Shown: positions 25,770 through 38,925, counted from the stretch's first letter. The stretch is DNA of 64,000 nt from Macrostomum lignano (GCA_002269645.1 NIVC01001678.1:187340-251339); one strand, 5' to 3'. The notes: a model not told the origin generated them from the sequence alone. Made by a program: numbers and translations.

Positions 25770-26690
25770 TTTGTGTCTTATTTATTAGTTTGAGTCTTGT
25801 ATAGCAGTTTGTGTCTTATTTAGTAGTTTGTGTCCTATTCAGTAGTTTGTGTCTTATTTCAGTAGTTTGTGTCTTATTTTAGTAGTTTGTGTCTTCTTTA
25901 GTAGTTTGTGTCTCATTTAGTAGTTTATGTCTTATTTAGTAGTTTGTGTCTTATTTAGTAGTTTGTGTCTCATTTAGTAGTTTATGTCTTATTTAGTAGT
26001 TTGTGTCTTATTTAGTAGTTTGTGTCTCATTCAGTAGTTTTTGTCTTATTTTAGTAGTTTGTGTCTTATTTAGTAGTTTGTGTCTCATTTAGTAGTTTAT
26101 GTCTTATTTAGTAGTTTGAGTCTTTTTTAGTAGTTTGTGTCTTATTTTAGTAGTTTGTGTCTTATTTAGTAGTTTGTGTCTCATTTAGTAGTTTGTGTCT
26201 TATTTAGTAGTATGTGTCTTCTTTAGTAGTTTGTGTCTTATTTAGTAGTTTGTGTCTCATTTAGTAGTTTATGTCTTATTTAGTAGTTTGTGTCTTATTT
26301 AGTAGTTTGTGTCTCATTCAGTAGTTTTTGTCTTATTTTAGTAGTTTGTGTCTTATTTAGTAGTTTGTGTCTCATTTAGTAGTTTATGTCTTATTTAGTA
26401 GTTTGAGTCTTTTTTAGTAGTTTGTGTCTTATTTTAGTAGTTTGTGTCTTATTTAGTAGTTTGTGTCTCATTTAGTAGTTTGTGTCTTATTTAGTAGTAT
26501 GTGTCTTCTTTAGTAGTTTGTGTCTTATTTAGTAGTTTGTGTCTTATTTATTAGTTTGTATCGTATTTAGTAGTTTGTGTCTTATATAGTAGTTTGTGTC
26601 TTATATAGTAGTTCGTGTCTTGTATAGTAGTTTGTGTCTTGTATAGTAGTTTGTGTCTTATTTAGTAGTTTGTGTCTTATTTGTGTCTTT
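25770..26690. repeat. ~19-20-bp minisatellite TTTAGTAGTTTGTGTCTTA
   Basis: Direct; a short related motif lies at ~10435-10475. Confidence 0.93.
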
Positions 26691-26693
26691 TGT

Positions 26694-26920
26694 AGCAGTG
26701 GAAGAAGGAGAACCTCGTGAGTCTCACGAGACAGTCGCTGCAGATGCTGCTCGACTGTGTGGAGAAGAGCCGAGAGCAGGCCAGACAAACACCTGACACA
26801 CCTGACCGATCTTGGGGTCGCATCATGAATCATTTCTTTCTCAGCGATGCGGCCATCTACCTCAAGGGTGCGGACAAGGAGAGAGTGGACCAGCATTTGG
26901 ACAGGCGCGTCATGAGCACA
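26694..26920 (+). pseudogene. Duplicated internal fragment of cGLR exon 3 (copy of ~19485-19709)
   Basis: QWKKENLVSLTRQSLQMLLDCVEKSREQARQTPDTPDRSWGRIMNHFFLSDAAIYLKGADKERVDQHLD, near-identical to the gene. Confidence 0.92.
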
Positions 26921-27854
26921 AATGTTCTCACAAGTACTACTAACAGTAAAGACTCAATTCGGCAGATGTTTTTTGCTATTTCACTATCGAGGTATCTGCT
27001 ATCGATATGCGTAGGTTTTACTGCTGTCTACCCGGTGTTAAACATTGATTCCGGAGGCCTCAGACAGCTCCAGACGCATCTCATGAAGACTGACAAACCT
27101 CGAGTGAAGAGAATGCGAGCATAAAATTTTTATCGTTAATGCCTAGCATTTTGAGCACTCCTTGTGTGACTTTACAAATAGAGTCCGGCATCAAAGGAAC
27201 AGCGAGTCCTTTAGGTCCTTTCCACCCTGACAATGGGACCACCAAGTATTTTCTTTGGAAAAGCTATCTTATGGTTTAAACTACGGCTCTGAATAAGTAA
27301 AAGTACGAGTTTTTGTTTAATAATTTTGAATGTACTTTACAGTATTTTCTTATTAGCCTGTTTTTCGTTTGATGTAGGCCGACAACACCGTAACACCGCA
27401 GCTCCCCAATTTACAGATTGGGGCGAGAAAGTTTTTTCGCAGCTGTGGTTTTATACATAGTACTGTCAGTAACAAGCAAAGACTTGTAGGCAAACATGCG
27501 GACCATTGCAGCTGAAGCATTGTTCGGATGATTTGCGTTTTCACATCTTTAACTTATTCACAGGGCCTGCAACCTAAATATACCCATGACTTATGAGTAC
27601 AAAAGTTAAATTCTTCATATGGAAGAGAAGGGCAGGGAGAGCCAACTCAAAATTCCAAACTATCCATTGCATTTCAGTTTTGTCAACGAAGAAAAAGTCA
27701 AACTTTTCTTTTGGTTATTTTAGTTTTTTTCTGCAAGCTGAAATTAAAGTTTTTCTAAAGCAACAACTATTGCGCGAAGAGATTTGCATTTGAAATGATT
27801 TTTTGTGATGACAGCAAGAATAATTTTATGTCATTCATCTGAGTAGAAACGATT

Positions 27855-28210
27855 GACTGCATGACTGAGTGCATGACTGAGTGCATGACTGAGTGCATGA
27901 CTGAGTGCATGACTGAGTGCATGACTGAGTACATGACTGAGTGCAGAACTGACTGCATGACTGAGTGCATGAATGAGTGCATGACTGAGTGCATGACTGA
28001 GTGCATGACTGACTGCATGGCTGACTGCATGGCTGAGTGCATGACTGAGTGCATGACTGAGTGCATGACTGAGTACATGACTGAGTGCAGAACTGACTGC
28101 ATGACTGAGTGCATGAATGAGTGCATGATTGAGTGCATGACTGACTGCATGACTGACTGCATGGCTGACTGCATGACTGAGTGCATGACTGAGTGCAGAA
28201 CTGACTGCAT
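27855..28210. repeat. 12-bp/4-bp-based tandem ATGACTGAGTGC
   Basis: Direct. Confidence 0.92.
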
Positions 28211-28369
28211 TTCATTTCTGTCTCTCTTTTCCTCTTTCAATTCCCAATGCATTTTCTCTACAAGTTTTAGGGTCTTTAACTCACTTAAAAAATAACACAG
28301 ACATCACTGATGCAATCAAAGGGAAACTAGGAAGTGGGTTTTAATCAATTCTTATTCAAAATTCTTTAG

Positions 28370-30562
28370 CAGGGAAGAGGAAAGGATAAAAAGGGAGAGG
28401 AAAGGATAGAAAGGGAGAGGAAAGGATAGAAAGGGAGAGGAAAGGATAGAAAGGGAGAGGAAAGGATAGAAAGGGAGAGGAAAGGATAGAAAGGGAGAGG
28501 AAAGGATAGAAAGGGAGAGGAAAGGATAGAAAGGGAGAGGAAAGGATAGAAAGGGAGAGGAAAGGATAGAAAGGGAGAGGAAAGGATAGAAAGGGAGAGG
28601 AAAGGATAGAAAGGGAGAGGAAAGGATAGAAAGGGAGAGGAAAGGATAGAAAGGGAGAGGAAAGGATAGAAAGGGAGAGGAAGGGATAGAAAGGGAGACG
28701 AAAGGATAGAAAGGGAGAGGAAAGGATAGAAAGGGAGAGGAAAGGATAGAAAGGGAGACGAAAGGATAGAAAGGGAGAGGAAGGGATAGAGAGGGAGAGC
28801 AAGGGATAGAGAGGGAGAGGAAGGGATAGAGAGGGAGAGCAAGGGATAGAGAGGGAGAGGAAGGGATAGAGAGGGAGAATAAGGGATAGAGAGGGAGAGG
28901 AAGGGATAGAGAGGGAGAATAAGGTGATGTGTTCCTTATTACCCGACTTTTGGTAATCAAGGAACACTCACTTCTAGCTCAGTAGCTAGGCAACCCAGTA
29001 CGTCAACAGAAGGTATTCAATTACCTTGAGTCCTTAACTGAGAGCTCTCGTCAATACTCCTTATTCGTTGATCTCGTTATCAGTAGCGTTCCTGTCCTTC
29101 AGGAATTCCGGGCGCCGGTCAACAGTTGATCTGGTCCGCTCTTGCAATTGTCTCCTTGACTTCTTGCCGGCCGGTTATCTGTAGTTCGGACCAATCGGAA
29201 GCTTCCAAATTAACAATGGGTACCCTGCGCCAAACTGCGGTTTAATATAAGCCTACTCCTTCTAGTAGTGCCTCTATGCACTCTAGGTATGGCTCCGGAA
29301 ACCACTGATAGTCTTCTAAGATCTATCAGGGGCAGTCCTTCTGGAGACTGCAACCAGTAGAGTCTAAACAGACTCAGGAGTCTCAACAGACTCACAAATA
29401 ACCTCAAGTCACTCTTAGACTTGAGCGAGACGTCTCAACCAACAGGCGCAAATGAGTAAGGCTTACCACAAGAACTCGACCACGTCTTCGAGTTGCTTCA
29501 GGAAGTCTGCTGCAGAGCTTCCTCTTCGGAGCTTTCTCTCTCGGAGAATTGTGGCTCCGGGTCCGTTCCGGACCACTTGTATTTATAGGCAAATGGACCC
29601 CCATGAGGTCACGTGGGTCCAACTCTTCAACTGTCAAAAAGGTCACGGTTTGGTTGCTGTCAAACATGGCAGGGTAGAAAGTTACTCCATTGGTTTAGTG
29701 TAAAAGCGCGTGATTTGTCATCGCATTCGAGTTATTTTTAGTTACATTTGATTGGTTCACGTGCGTACGGTTGAATGATGCATCTTTCCTGGGGTTTGCG
29801 TTCGACAAGTACAGGTCACACGTGATTGGGTGATTTCTAAATTTAGCATGCTCAAGGTCTCTCTCTTTCTATTGGTTAGTCAGAATATACTTATAATTCA
29901 AAGCATACCTTTATTCATGCTCTTCAACTTACTACTGAATAAAATGTGTGAGTAGTACGTTAACACTTTTATGTCTTTTTTACGGGAGGTAGAACACTCT
30001 ACAAAGGGATAGAGAGGGAGACGAAAGGATAGAAAGGGAGAGGAAGGGATAGAGAGGGAGAGGAAGGGATAGAGAGGGAGAGGAAGGGATAGAGAGGGAG
30101 AGGAAGGGATAGAGAGGGAGAGGAAGGGATAGAGAGGGAGAATAAGGGATAGAGAGGGAGAATAAGGGATAGAGAGGGAGAATAAGGGATAGAGAGGGAG
30201 AGGAAGGGATAGAGAGGGAGAGGAAGGGATAGAGAGGGAGACGAAAGGATAGAAAGGGAGAGGAAGGGATAGAGAGGGAGAGGAAAGGATAGAGAGGGAG
30301 AGGAAGGGATAGAGAGGGAGACGAAAGGATAGAAAGGGAGAGGAAGGGATAGAGAGGGAGAGGAAAGGATAGAGAGGGAGAGGAAGGGATAGAGAGGGAG
30401 ACGAAAGGATAGAAAGGGAGAGGAAGGGATAGAGAGGGAGAGGAAAGGATAGAAAGGGAGACGAAAGGATAGAAAGGGAGAGGAAGGGATAGAGAGGGAG
30501 AGGAAGGGATAGAGAGGGAGAGGAAGGGATAGAGAGGGAGAGCAAGGGATAGAGAGGGAGAA
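28370..30562. repeat. Purine-rich 20-bp minisatellite (GAGAGGAAAGGATAGAAAGG), split by a solo LTR
   Basis: Arrays at ~28370-28924 and 30004-30562. Confidence 0.9.
28925..30003 (-). mobile_element. Solo LTR (1079 bp) with 4-bp TSD AAGG
   Basis: Termini TGATGTGTTC...GAACACTCTACA; AAGG at 28921-28924 and 30004-30007 restores the host repeat; minus-strand TATA (CCTATAAATACAAG) at ~29580. Confidence 0.75.
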
Positions 30563-30596
30563 CAAGCTGTGATAACTTTGATAACTGAGGCAATAG

Positions 30597-31480
30597 TGTT
30601 GAATTGTAGGAGTGAGAAAAGTGCTCGCTTGAGAGCCTGGCTGACTTTATTTATTTTGTGTAGTAATGAGGTGGTTGGTGCAGAGAGATACCAGCGCGCA
30701 TGGGGTGGTGTTGAGCAGAATTTACTAAGTCGGTAAATAACAATCGCACTGCTGGTGAGTCAACATAAACTATTACAAAGTGCATCGTGTCACTATGTCA
30801 CATCTCCCACATTAGTTTGCGCCCTCACTGCAGCATCAATCTGTCAGGTGGTGCTCAAACTCGATTCGGGTAGCGCCGGGGTGTCTCGTTAGCAGATTCA
30901 GCCATGTCTGCCTGGTACCTCGCAGTCCTCGGCCGGGGTTATGCAGCTGTCCGATTCGGCCAATCCAGCGGGGGCGGTCAGCAGCTGCTCAGCGTGTCGC
31001 GCTTGTACGCCGCGTCCGGAATCGACTGTGCAGTTGCGAGTGCCGGCATTAAGGATGACACCTTCGGCCCAGCGACTGCTTTCTCCCGCCGCACGAGCAG
31101 CAGTGCTGAAATCGCGGTAGAGCACGTAATCTCCAGGCTGGAACTGGCGCGCTGGCCGCTGCTGCTCAAGCTGATGCTGCTGTCGCTGTTGCATGGCCGA
31201 AGTCAACGATGGTGTAAGGAGGTCCAGCCGGCTGCGCAGCCGGCGGCCAATGAGCAGCTGACTCGGCGCGGTGCCACTGACCCTGTGCGGAGCGTTGCGG
31301 TAGCCCATCAGCAGTCGTTGAAGTTGCTCGTCGGGGTGACCGCAATTACTCAGATGCCGCTTCAGCACCTGGACGAAGCGCTCGGCCTGGCCATGGTCGT
31401 TGGGTGGATGGCGCCGAAAAGATGTGGCGGGTGCCGTTGGAACTGACGAACTCAGCAAACTCGGCTGAAGCAAATTGAGA
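30597..31480 (-). mobile_element. Ty3/gypsy (Mag/K02A2.6-like) 3' remnant: integrase C-terminal half, PPT and 3' LTR
   Basis: GQAERFVQVLKRHL...YRNAPHRVSGTAPSQLLIGRRLRSRLDLL; frameshift in the HP.NG motif; PPT GTGGGAGA|TGTGACA at 30802; LTR ~30597-30802 containing AATAAA. Confidence 0.85.
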
Positions 31481-31642
31481 CAGTTGTTGATTGAGTTGAA
31501 CGGCACCCAAACCTCATTTATTTCTATTGGACGGTGGCAGCGCTGCCAATGGCAGTCAATTGTGACGCAAATGAGCAAAAATAGATAAATTCCAGCAAAA
31601 TGCGGCGCTCTCCGCATTCCACAGCACCGATACCGAGCCGAA

Positions 31643-32005
31643 ATGGAAGCTCTTTGGAGAATCCTGACAGCGATTGCAGCAGTTCTGATGCAGGCCTTCG
31701 GCAGACCCACAGGCCAAAGCGAGGACCTTGATGGCACTGAGCAGGAGATCCTGAAAGCTATTGTGTTCGAAAATGAAAAAAAATTCACAATACCTTCAGA
31801 ATCCTTCTAACGCTGATAGGCTCTTCAGTATCAATGAGATAATATTGTCACCGCTTTACTTTGCATGTGAAATTGGAAAGCTTAAAATTGTCGAAACTTC
31901 AACGAAACGATGGCTGCTCACCTCTCTACATTACATCACATTTTGGCTTCCACGAAGCTGTGAGCTTACTCATCAAAGCACAAGCTGACGTCAATCTTCA
32001 ACAAA
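31643..32005 (+). pseudogene. Third ANK exon copy, frameshifted and internally deleted
   Basis: MEALWRILTAIAAVLMQAFGRPTGQSEDLDG..., frameshift in the A-run at ~31775, then LSPLYFACEIG and DGCSPLYITSHFG...ADVNLQQ in different frames; ~120 bp upstream also matches 5765-5886. Confidence 0.9.
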
Positions 32006-32525
32006 ACAGCGCTAACCCTAGCCTACTCAAACTATTTATTGCCTATGCGTTCTCAGTGAGAGTATAGAATACACTGCCTTGAATAATATTCAGTTTGGCG
32101 AGTTTGAGATGAGAGCCTCATACTACGACATACTACGACATACTACGACATACTACTGTTGTATTTTCTGCTCCCGTCCGTGCGGACCGCAGACGGGGTG
32201 ATCAGGGGTTCGGGTACTGGACTGCCCAGAGCTTGCCGGGTGAGATAGGCGAGAGAGTGGCGACCCCCGAGGCGTACGGACACTTCGAGGTGGAGGTGGA
32301 GAGGCTGGGAGCGTACAGACACTCGGCCAGCCCCACGGAGAGAGGGAGATGCAGATGAGGAGGCTGTGAGCAGGTGGCCACTCAGCAGCAACAGCAGAGG
32401 TGAGTACGGGTCTGAAGGCGTACAGACACTTCACAGACCCGAAGGAAGACGGTGGCGGGAGAGGTGAATAATGAAGACGGGATAAATTGACGAAAGCGAA
32501 CGCTGTCTTACCGGGCGGGGTCACT

Positions 32526-33669
32526 TGTCGCGCTCATGCAGGCGTGGCTTCTAATCTCTTGAAGAGTTGATTCGGGAGGTGATCAGTCTCCCGAAAACTC
32601 CCACTTCCAGACACTTAAGCCTGGGAACAAAATAAAGTGATCACTTACTTTTGCGGGCTCCTCTTCTGTGTAGTGCAGGTTCTCCGAGCTCGTTTCTTCT
32701 AATCTTCTTCTTCTCCGGAGGAATCTTCTTGAAGTCTCGAATCGGCCGAATGAGAGCGTGACGATCAAATCAGGCGACGTCGCAGTATTTCTCGAATGCA
32801 AATCAATATAGGCCTTAAGCTCAGTAATCAATATCAACGATGCGCCCTTGTAATAAAATCAACTTTCTGTAATAATCACGAGGACCTCCAAGAGGGGCGT
32901 CTTCTTCTAGATCTAACGGAATCGGAGTCGTGTGCTCCTATCGGTTAATCTAGGATAACCAAAATCAATCAATCGATAATCCTCTAAGGGTATCGGAATC
33001 GGTCCGCCGATCCTATCCAATCCCTTAGGAAAATGGGAGGCCTCAAATTCAATGAACTCAGTCCAAACGACTGGATAGTAGCGGCCGGCAATAAATCGCT
33101 CTCAAAATCAATAACAAAGGCTCGAGCAACGGCTCACCAATTGGTTTATCTCTCTCTCTCTCAGAGATGTAGCCTCGCTTAGCTGTTCCAGCAAGCTCCA
33201 AGATCTTTAGAGGCTGCTCCGAGTCCCAAGATCTTTTGAGGCTGCTCCGAGTCTGAGATATTTAGCTCAGATTTTGGCTTGTATTTATAGGAAAAATTGT
33301 TGAGAAACAGCTTATTTTTAGTAGGTGACAGTTTCGCGCTTTGGAAATTTGACCCCTATGGAATACATTAGCTTTGAGCGCCGATACCATATTCGGAGTT
33401 CTAAATTTAAGTGTTGCAAAAGGTGGTCATTTGTTGCTTTCGTGGTCTTTAAAAATAGAGTGTGACAATTTGCAGTTTTTACAACATTCAAGTTTTTCGC
33501 ATTTTTATGTTGCTACTTACAGTAGTCTGCTTGTAATGCCTCTGGAGATCTCTACACTCTCAGCTTCAGTTGACTGTATTTAAAGTTCAATCTTCTTCAA
33601 TCAAAAACAATTAATCAAATTCTTCAATTCTTCAATCAATCAAAAACAGCTTTTGTGTTTACTCAAACA
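32526..33669 (-). mobile_element. Probable LTR (~1.1 kb), same class as 28925-30003, possibly followed by a PBS-like sequence and a short internal remnant (to ~32150)
   Basis: TGT...ACA ends; shared CTTGTATTTATAGG(A/C)AAA and GACCCC(T/C)ATG motifs; minus strand reads ...CGACA AG TGACCCCGCCC after the LTR end. No TSD. Confidence 0.45.
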
Positions 33670-33699
33670 CGCGTAGAGCTAGAGTTGTAGAGAGAGAGC

Positions 33700-34140
33700 A
33701 GGGAGGGCGAGAGCCGGGCGAGGGCCGTGCGCGCACATAAATACTGGGTGAGCACTGAGCAGGGGACTGGGGTAGGCTTAGCCACGCAGGGCTGGGGGGT
33801 GGGGGCAAAACTCACAGAGTTGAAGGGCGAGAGGGAAGGCTAGCCAATCAGGTGCCTCCGCGGCGAGACACATGATTGGACTAACCCACGCGAGAGAGAG
33901 AGAGATGAAAATAAGCCAGCCAATGAAAATGTGGGCTGATGAAAATGAGAACAAAAAATGAATAGCAGCTTTAGACGGAGGGGGCAAGCCAGAAAAAACC
34001 AGTGGCAGGGAGAGGAGGGGCGGAGAGCGCAGAGGTCGGGGCAAGGGCATTGCGAGGCGCAGCTCACAACACTACAACCTCATCATCCTCGTAATAATGG
34101 GGTCTTTAGAGGCCAGTGTGTTTGGCAGTCTTTCTGTCAG
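33700..34140 (+). promoter_or_regulatory. Promoter-like GC-rich segment with several CCAAT boxes, a GC box and a downstream CAG|GTGAGC donor
   Basis: AGCCAATC ~33842, GATTGG ~33875, GCCAAT ~33919, GGGCGGAG ~34018; donor at 34140/34141. Confidence 0.4.
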
Positions 34141-35254
34141 GTGAGCAGAAGAAAATAGGAAAATAAAAGCGGTGACAGACACAGCATGGCAGACGCCTAT
34201 AATAAATTTGTGTAGGCAAGCATATCCAGAGCTACAAAATCATATGCAGCTCGTAGACCGAACTGAAAATGATTTACGGGTATTTATTTACTTGGGTACG
34301 GCAAGCATTCTGACTGATTGATTGGTTGTTTAGTTAATTGCTGGCGCCCCTGGTGCTAAAGCCTCTTAAATAAAAGGGCACCCCTCCAAATAAACTGGCA
34401 CCCAGAGTCTTTATTTGAAGACAAAATTTTTACAAAATTTTTCTTATTAAGTCTCTACCATGCTACTGCTGAGTATTTGCTATCGAGTTTAATAAAAGTA
34501 GCTATTATTAAAGATGCTGGGATGAGGCAGTTGATGCGATTTAGACATTAAGAAATCATAATTCATATTTATTAATCCACCGCAGACAAAAGGAAATTTA
34601 GACCGTCTCATGCGATGTGAAAATAAAACCACAGAGAAAGGCTCCACGCTTTGTCTTACCAAAACCGCATTCACACACAAAACACACACCGATCCGATGT
34701 TTTCTCCATCAGAGAGACTGGTTTCTCAAGTGGATATATTTATAAATCTGATACATCTCTAGCAAGCCCTTGGCTTGGTTCGGTTTTCTGTTGCTTCCGA
34801 TCATTGATGATGCAAGAGAATCTCCGTGTGGGTTCGTTAAATGAGCGGCAATAGGCGATGGCAACGGGGCTCGAACCCATAGATCGAATGACAAAAACAA
34901 GTGGCTGCATGAGACCTGCTTAAGAGCGGGGCTTGGGGGGGGGCAATCCATGGGGCACGGAATTGAAAGACCCTCGGATAAGAGGCCCCGCTTGTAAAAG
35001 TGTTGCGTCACTGAGCGATCGGGTGATCTCTGATTATTAACCCTGCTCAATGTCGCTCCATGTAAGAACTCGAAATAATAGGATAACAAGGGGTGCCATT
35101 GGCGCATAAATAGGCCGTTTTATTCTTTTATTGTGCCCTCAATCTGTAATTGGCCTGATTGATGGATTTTGTGCTGTGTGTAAGGGATTTCTTCTGGCTT
35201 CAGCAGATTCTTAGAAATCCTCAACTCCACCTCATCCGCCCCTTGCTATCCACC

Positions 35255-35910
35255 CCCTTGCTATCCGCCCTCACTATCCGCCCCCTTACTATCCACCCCA
35301 TCACTATCCGCCCCCTCACCATCCGCCTCCTCACCATCCGCCCTTCACTATCCGCCCCTCACTATCCGCCCCTCACTATCCGCCCTTCACTATCCGCCCC
35401 TCACTATCCGCCCCTCACTATCCGCCCCTCACTATCCGCCCCTCACTATCCGCCCCTCCACTATCCGCCCCTCACTATCCGCCCCTTCACAATCCGCCTC
35501 TTCATAATCCGCCCCCTCATCATCCGCCTCTTCACAATCCGCCCCTTCACCATCCGCCTCCTCACCATCCGCCCCCTCACTATCCGCCCTCACTATCCGC
35601 CCCTTCACCCAACCGTTCACAAACCTTGGTCCCATTCCCTCTCGCTCGCTTTACCTTCTTTTCTCACCCAGTCTCACCAAGTCTCACCCAGTCTCACCCA
35701 GTCTCACCTAATCTCACCCAGTCTCACCCAGTCTCACCCAGTCTCACCCAGTCTCACCCAGTCTCACCCAGTCTCACCCAGTCTCACCAAGTCTCACCCA
35801 GTCTCACCCAGTCTCACCCAGTCCCACCCAGTCTCACCCAGTCTCACCCAGTCTCACCCAGTCTCACCCAGTCTCACCCAGTCTCACCCAGTCCCACCCA
35901 GTCTCACTCA
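35255..35910. repeat. Adjacent 14-bp (CCCTCACTATCCGC) and 10-bp (CCAGTCTCAC) tandem arrays
   Basis: Direct. Confidence 0.9.
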
Positions 35911-36279
35911 GTCTCACTCTCTCTCTCTCACTCCCTGTCTCAATCTTTCTGAATTGGAAATGGAAAATTCTCAGCAAATCTGCCAATTCATTCGAAGGCA
36001 AAGAGCGATTTGAGCCGGGGGGGCTCAACACAGCAAGCTCAATTATGCATTTTCTTCATTCAAGCCAGCTGCCACCACAAACAGCATCTGTTTAATCTCT
36101 CTAGATGAATAGACGCAAAGCCACACCTTCGGCTTAGCGCTTTCACTAGAGCGGGCCATTAGCCCCATCAAGGTGAAGCTGGAAAATCTAAAAGCACCTG
36201 CAGCCTCTCTCCTCATCACCGAATTTGCTTTTTTAAGGAAGCTTTTAGCAACCTCCGATACGTTGGAAAAAAACTCAGT

Positions 36280-37920
36280 TCCTGAGCATTAATCCCATCA
36301 GTTCCTGAGCATTAATCTCATCAGTTCCCGAGCATTAATCACATCAGTTCCTGAGCATTAATCCCATCAGTTCCTGAGCATTAATCTCATCAGTTCCTGA
36401 GCATTAATCCCATCAGTTCCTGAGCATTAATCCCATCAGTTCCTGAGCATTAATCCCATCAGTTCCTGAGCATTAATCCCATCAGTTCCCGAGCATTAAT
36501 CCCATCAGTTCCCAAGCAATAATCCCATCAGTTCCTGAGCATTAATCTCATCAGTTCCCGAGCATTAATCACATCAGTTCCTGAGCATTAATCCCATCAG
36601 TTCCTGAGCATTAATCTCATCAGTTCCTGAGCATTAATCCCATCAGTTCCTGAGCATTAATCCCATCAGTTCCTGAGCATTAATCCCATCAGTTCCTGAG
36701 CATTAATCCCATCAGTTCCCGAGCATTAATCCCATCAGTTCCCAAGCATTAATCCCATCAGTTCCTGAGCATTAATCCCATCAGTTCCTGAGCATTAATC
36801 CCATCAGTTCCTGAGCATTAATCCCATCAGTTCCCGAGCATTAATCCCATCAGTTCCCGAGCATTAATCCCATCAGTTCCTGAGCATTAATCCCATCAGT
36901 TCCTGAGCATTAATCCCATCAGTTCCCGAGCATTAATCCCATCAGTTCCCAAGCATTAATCCCATCAGTTCCTGAGCATTAATCTCATCAGTTCCCAAGC
37001 ATTAATCCCATCAGTTCCCGAGCATTAATCCCATCAGTTCCTGAGCATTAATCCCATCAGTTCCCAAGCATTAATCCCATCAGTTCCTGAGCATTAATCC
37101 CATCAGTTCCTGAGCATTAATCCCATCAGTTCCTGAGCATTAATCCCATCAGTTCCCGAGCATTAATCCCATCAGTTCCTGAGCATTAATCCCATCAGTT
37201 CCTGAGCATTAATCCCATCAGTTCCTGAGCATTAATCCCATCAGTTCCTGAGCATTAATCCCATCAGTTCCCGAGCATTAATCCCATCAGTTCCTGAGCA
37301 TTAATCCCATCAGTTCCCGAGCATTAATCCCATCAGTTCCTGAGCATTAATCCCATCAGTTCCCGAGCATTAATCCCATCAGTTCCCGAGCATTAATCCC
37401 ATCAGTTCCCGAGCATTAATCCCATCAGTTCCCGAGCATTAATCCCATCAGTTCCTGAGCATTAATCCCATCAGTTCCCGAGCATTAATCCCATCAGTTC
37501 CCGAGCATTAATCCCATCAGTTCCCGAGCATTAATCCCATCAGTTCCCGAGCATTAATCCCATCAGTTCCTGAGCATTAATCCCATCAGTTCCCGAGCAT
37601 TAATCCCATCAGTTCCTGAGCATTAATCCCATCAGTTCCCGAGCATTAATCCCATCAGTTCCCGAGCTTTAATCCCATCAGTTCCTGAGCATTAATCCCA
37701 TCAGTTCCCGAGCATTAATCCCATCAGTTCCTGAGCATTAATCCCATCAGTTCCCGAGCATTAATCCCATCAGTTCCCGAGCATTAATCCCATCAGTTCC
37801 CGAGCATTAATCCCATCAGTTCCTGAGCATTAATCCCATCAGTTCCCGAGCATTAATCCCATCAGTTCCCGAGCTTTAATCCCATCAGTTCCTGAGCATT
37901 AATCCCATCAGTTCCTGAGT
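36280..37920. repeat. 23-bp minisatellite ATCAGTTCCTGAGCATTAATCCC, ~1.6 kb
   Basis: Direct. Confidence 0.97.
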
Positions 37921-38269
37921 ATTAAATCGAATAATCTAAAAGTTTCTGCACTTTCACTTTTTGAGGTAAATTCCAATTTCAACCATAGCCATTCAAAAGC
38001 ACTGTTCCGCAATGATACTTTTCAAAGGGATTACCTTTTGACGGGAGAAAAAGTATGCCTGTTATTTTTAGAGAGGATTTCGCATTAAAGAGCGTCGTTT
38101 GATGTCTGAAATTAAAGCTGCCTGTCTTTGTTGCTAGGAGAAAAAGTGTAACTGCTTTGGAGAGAAAAGTACAAATCGAGAGAAAAGAGAATACTAAAGA
38201 GAATGAAAAGAAGTTTGGCTTGTGTAAAATACTTCAAGTATTAGTGGAGAGCAGCAATGGAGAGTCTTG

Positions 38270-38800
38270 AGAGAACTCCATATGCTAGAGACTCGACCTC
38301 TTATCTCCAGGCAGCCGTGTCTACAGAACTCCATGCTAGAGACTCGATCTCTCATCCCCAGACACCCGTGTCTACAGAACTCCATGCTAGAGACCCGACC
38401 TCTGATCTCCAGACACCCGTGTCTACAGAACTCCATGCTAGAGACTCGACCTCTCATCCCCAGACAGCCGTGTCTACAGAACTCCATGCTAGAGACCCGA
38501 CCTCTGATCTCCAGACACCCGTGTCTACAGAACTCCATGCTAGAGACCCGACCTCTGATCTCCAGACACCCGTGTCTACAGAACTCCATGCTGGAGACTC
38601 GACCTCTCATCTCCAGACACCCGTGTCTACAGAACTCCATGCTAGAGACTCGACCTCTCATCTCCAGACACCCGTGTCTACAGAACTCCATGCTAGAGAC
38701 CCGACCTCTGATCTCCAGACACCCGTGTCTACAGAACTCCATGCTAGAGACCCGACCTCTCATCCCCAGACAGCCGTGTCTACAGAACTCCATGCTGGAG
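38270..38800. repeat. 51-bp minisatellite (~10 copies)
   Basis: Direct; 17-codon period seen in three open frames. Confidence 0.93.
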
Positions 38801-38925
38801 ACTCGACCGGTACCCGCGGGTCCCAGTCATCTTCATCCCTAGCGACAGCCGCCAGATCAAAGCCAAACCCTGGAGCCTCCTCCCATCCCACCCACTGAGT
38901 CTCCTCTCGCCGGTGGTCTCTTTGA

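Noticed and set aside
26680-27124. Captured cGLR fragment as an alternative terminal exon (TCTTTTGTAG|CAG acceptor)
   Set aside because: The acceptor is phase 0, whereas the gene's donors are phase 2 (15595) and phase 1 (18464), so no in-frame use.
36280-37920. Regular 23-bp repeats resembling a CRISPR array
   Set aside because: Head-to-tail tandem with no unique spacers, no cas genes, eukaryotic context; the same holds for all other arrays here.
38194-38898. ~200-aa repeat ORFs in three frames
   Set aside because: The 51-bp unit is a multiple of 3 and lacks stops; no splice or codon evidence for coding.
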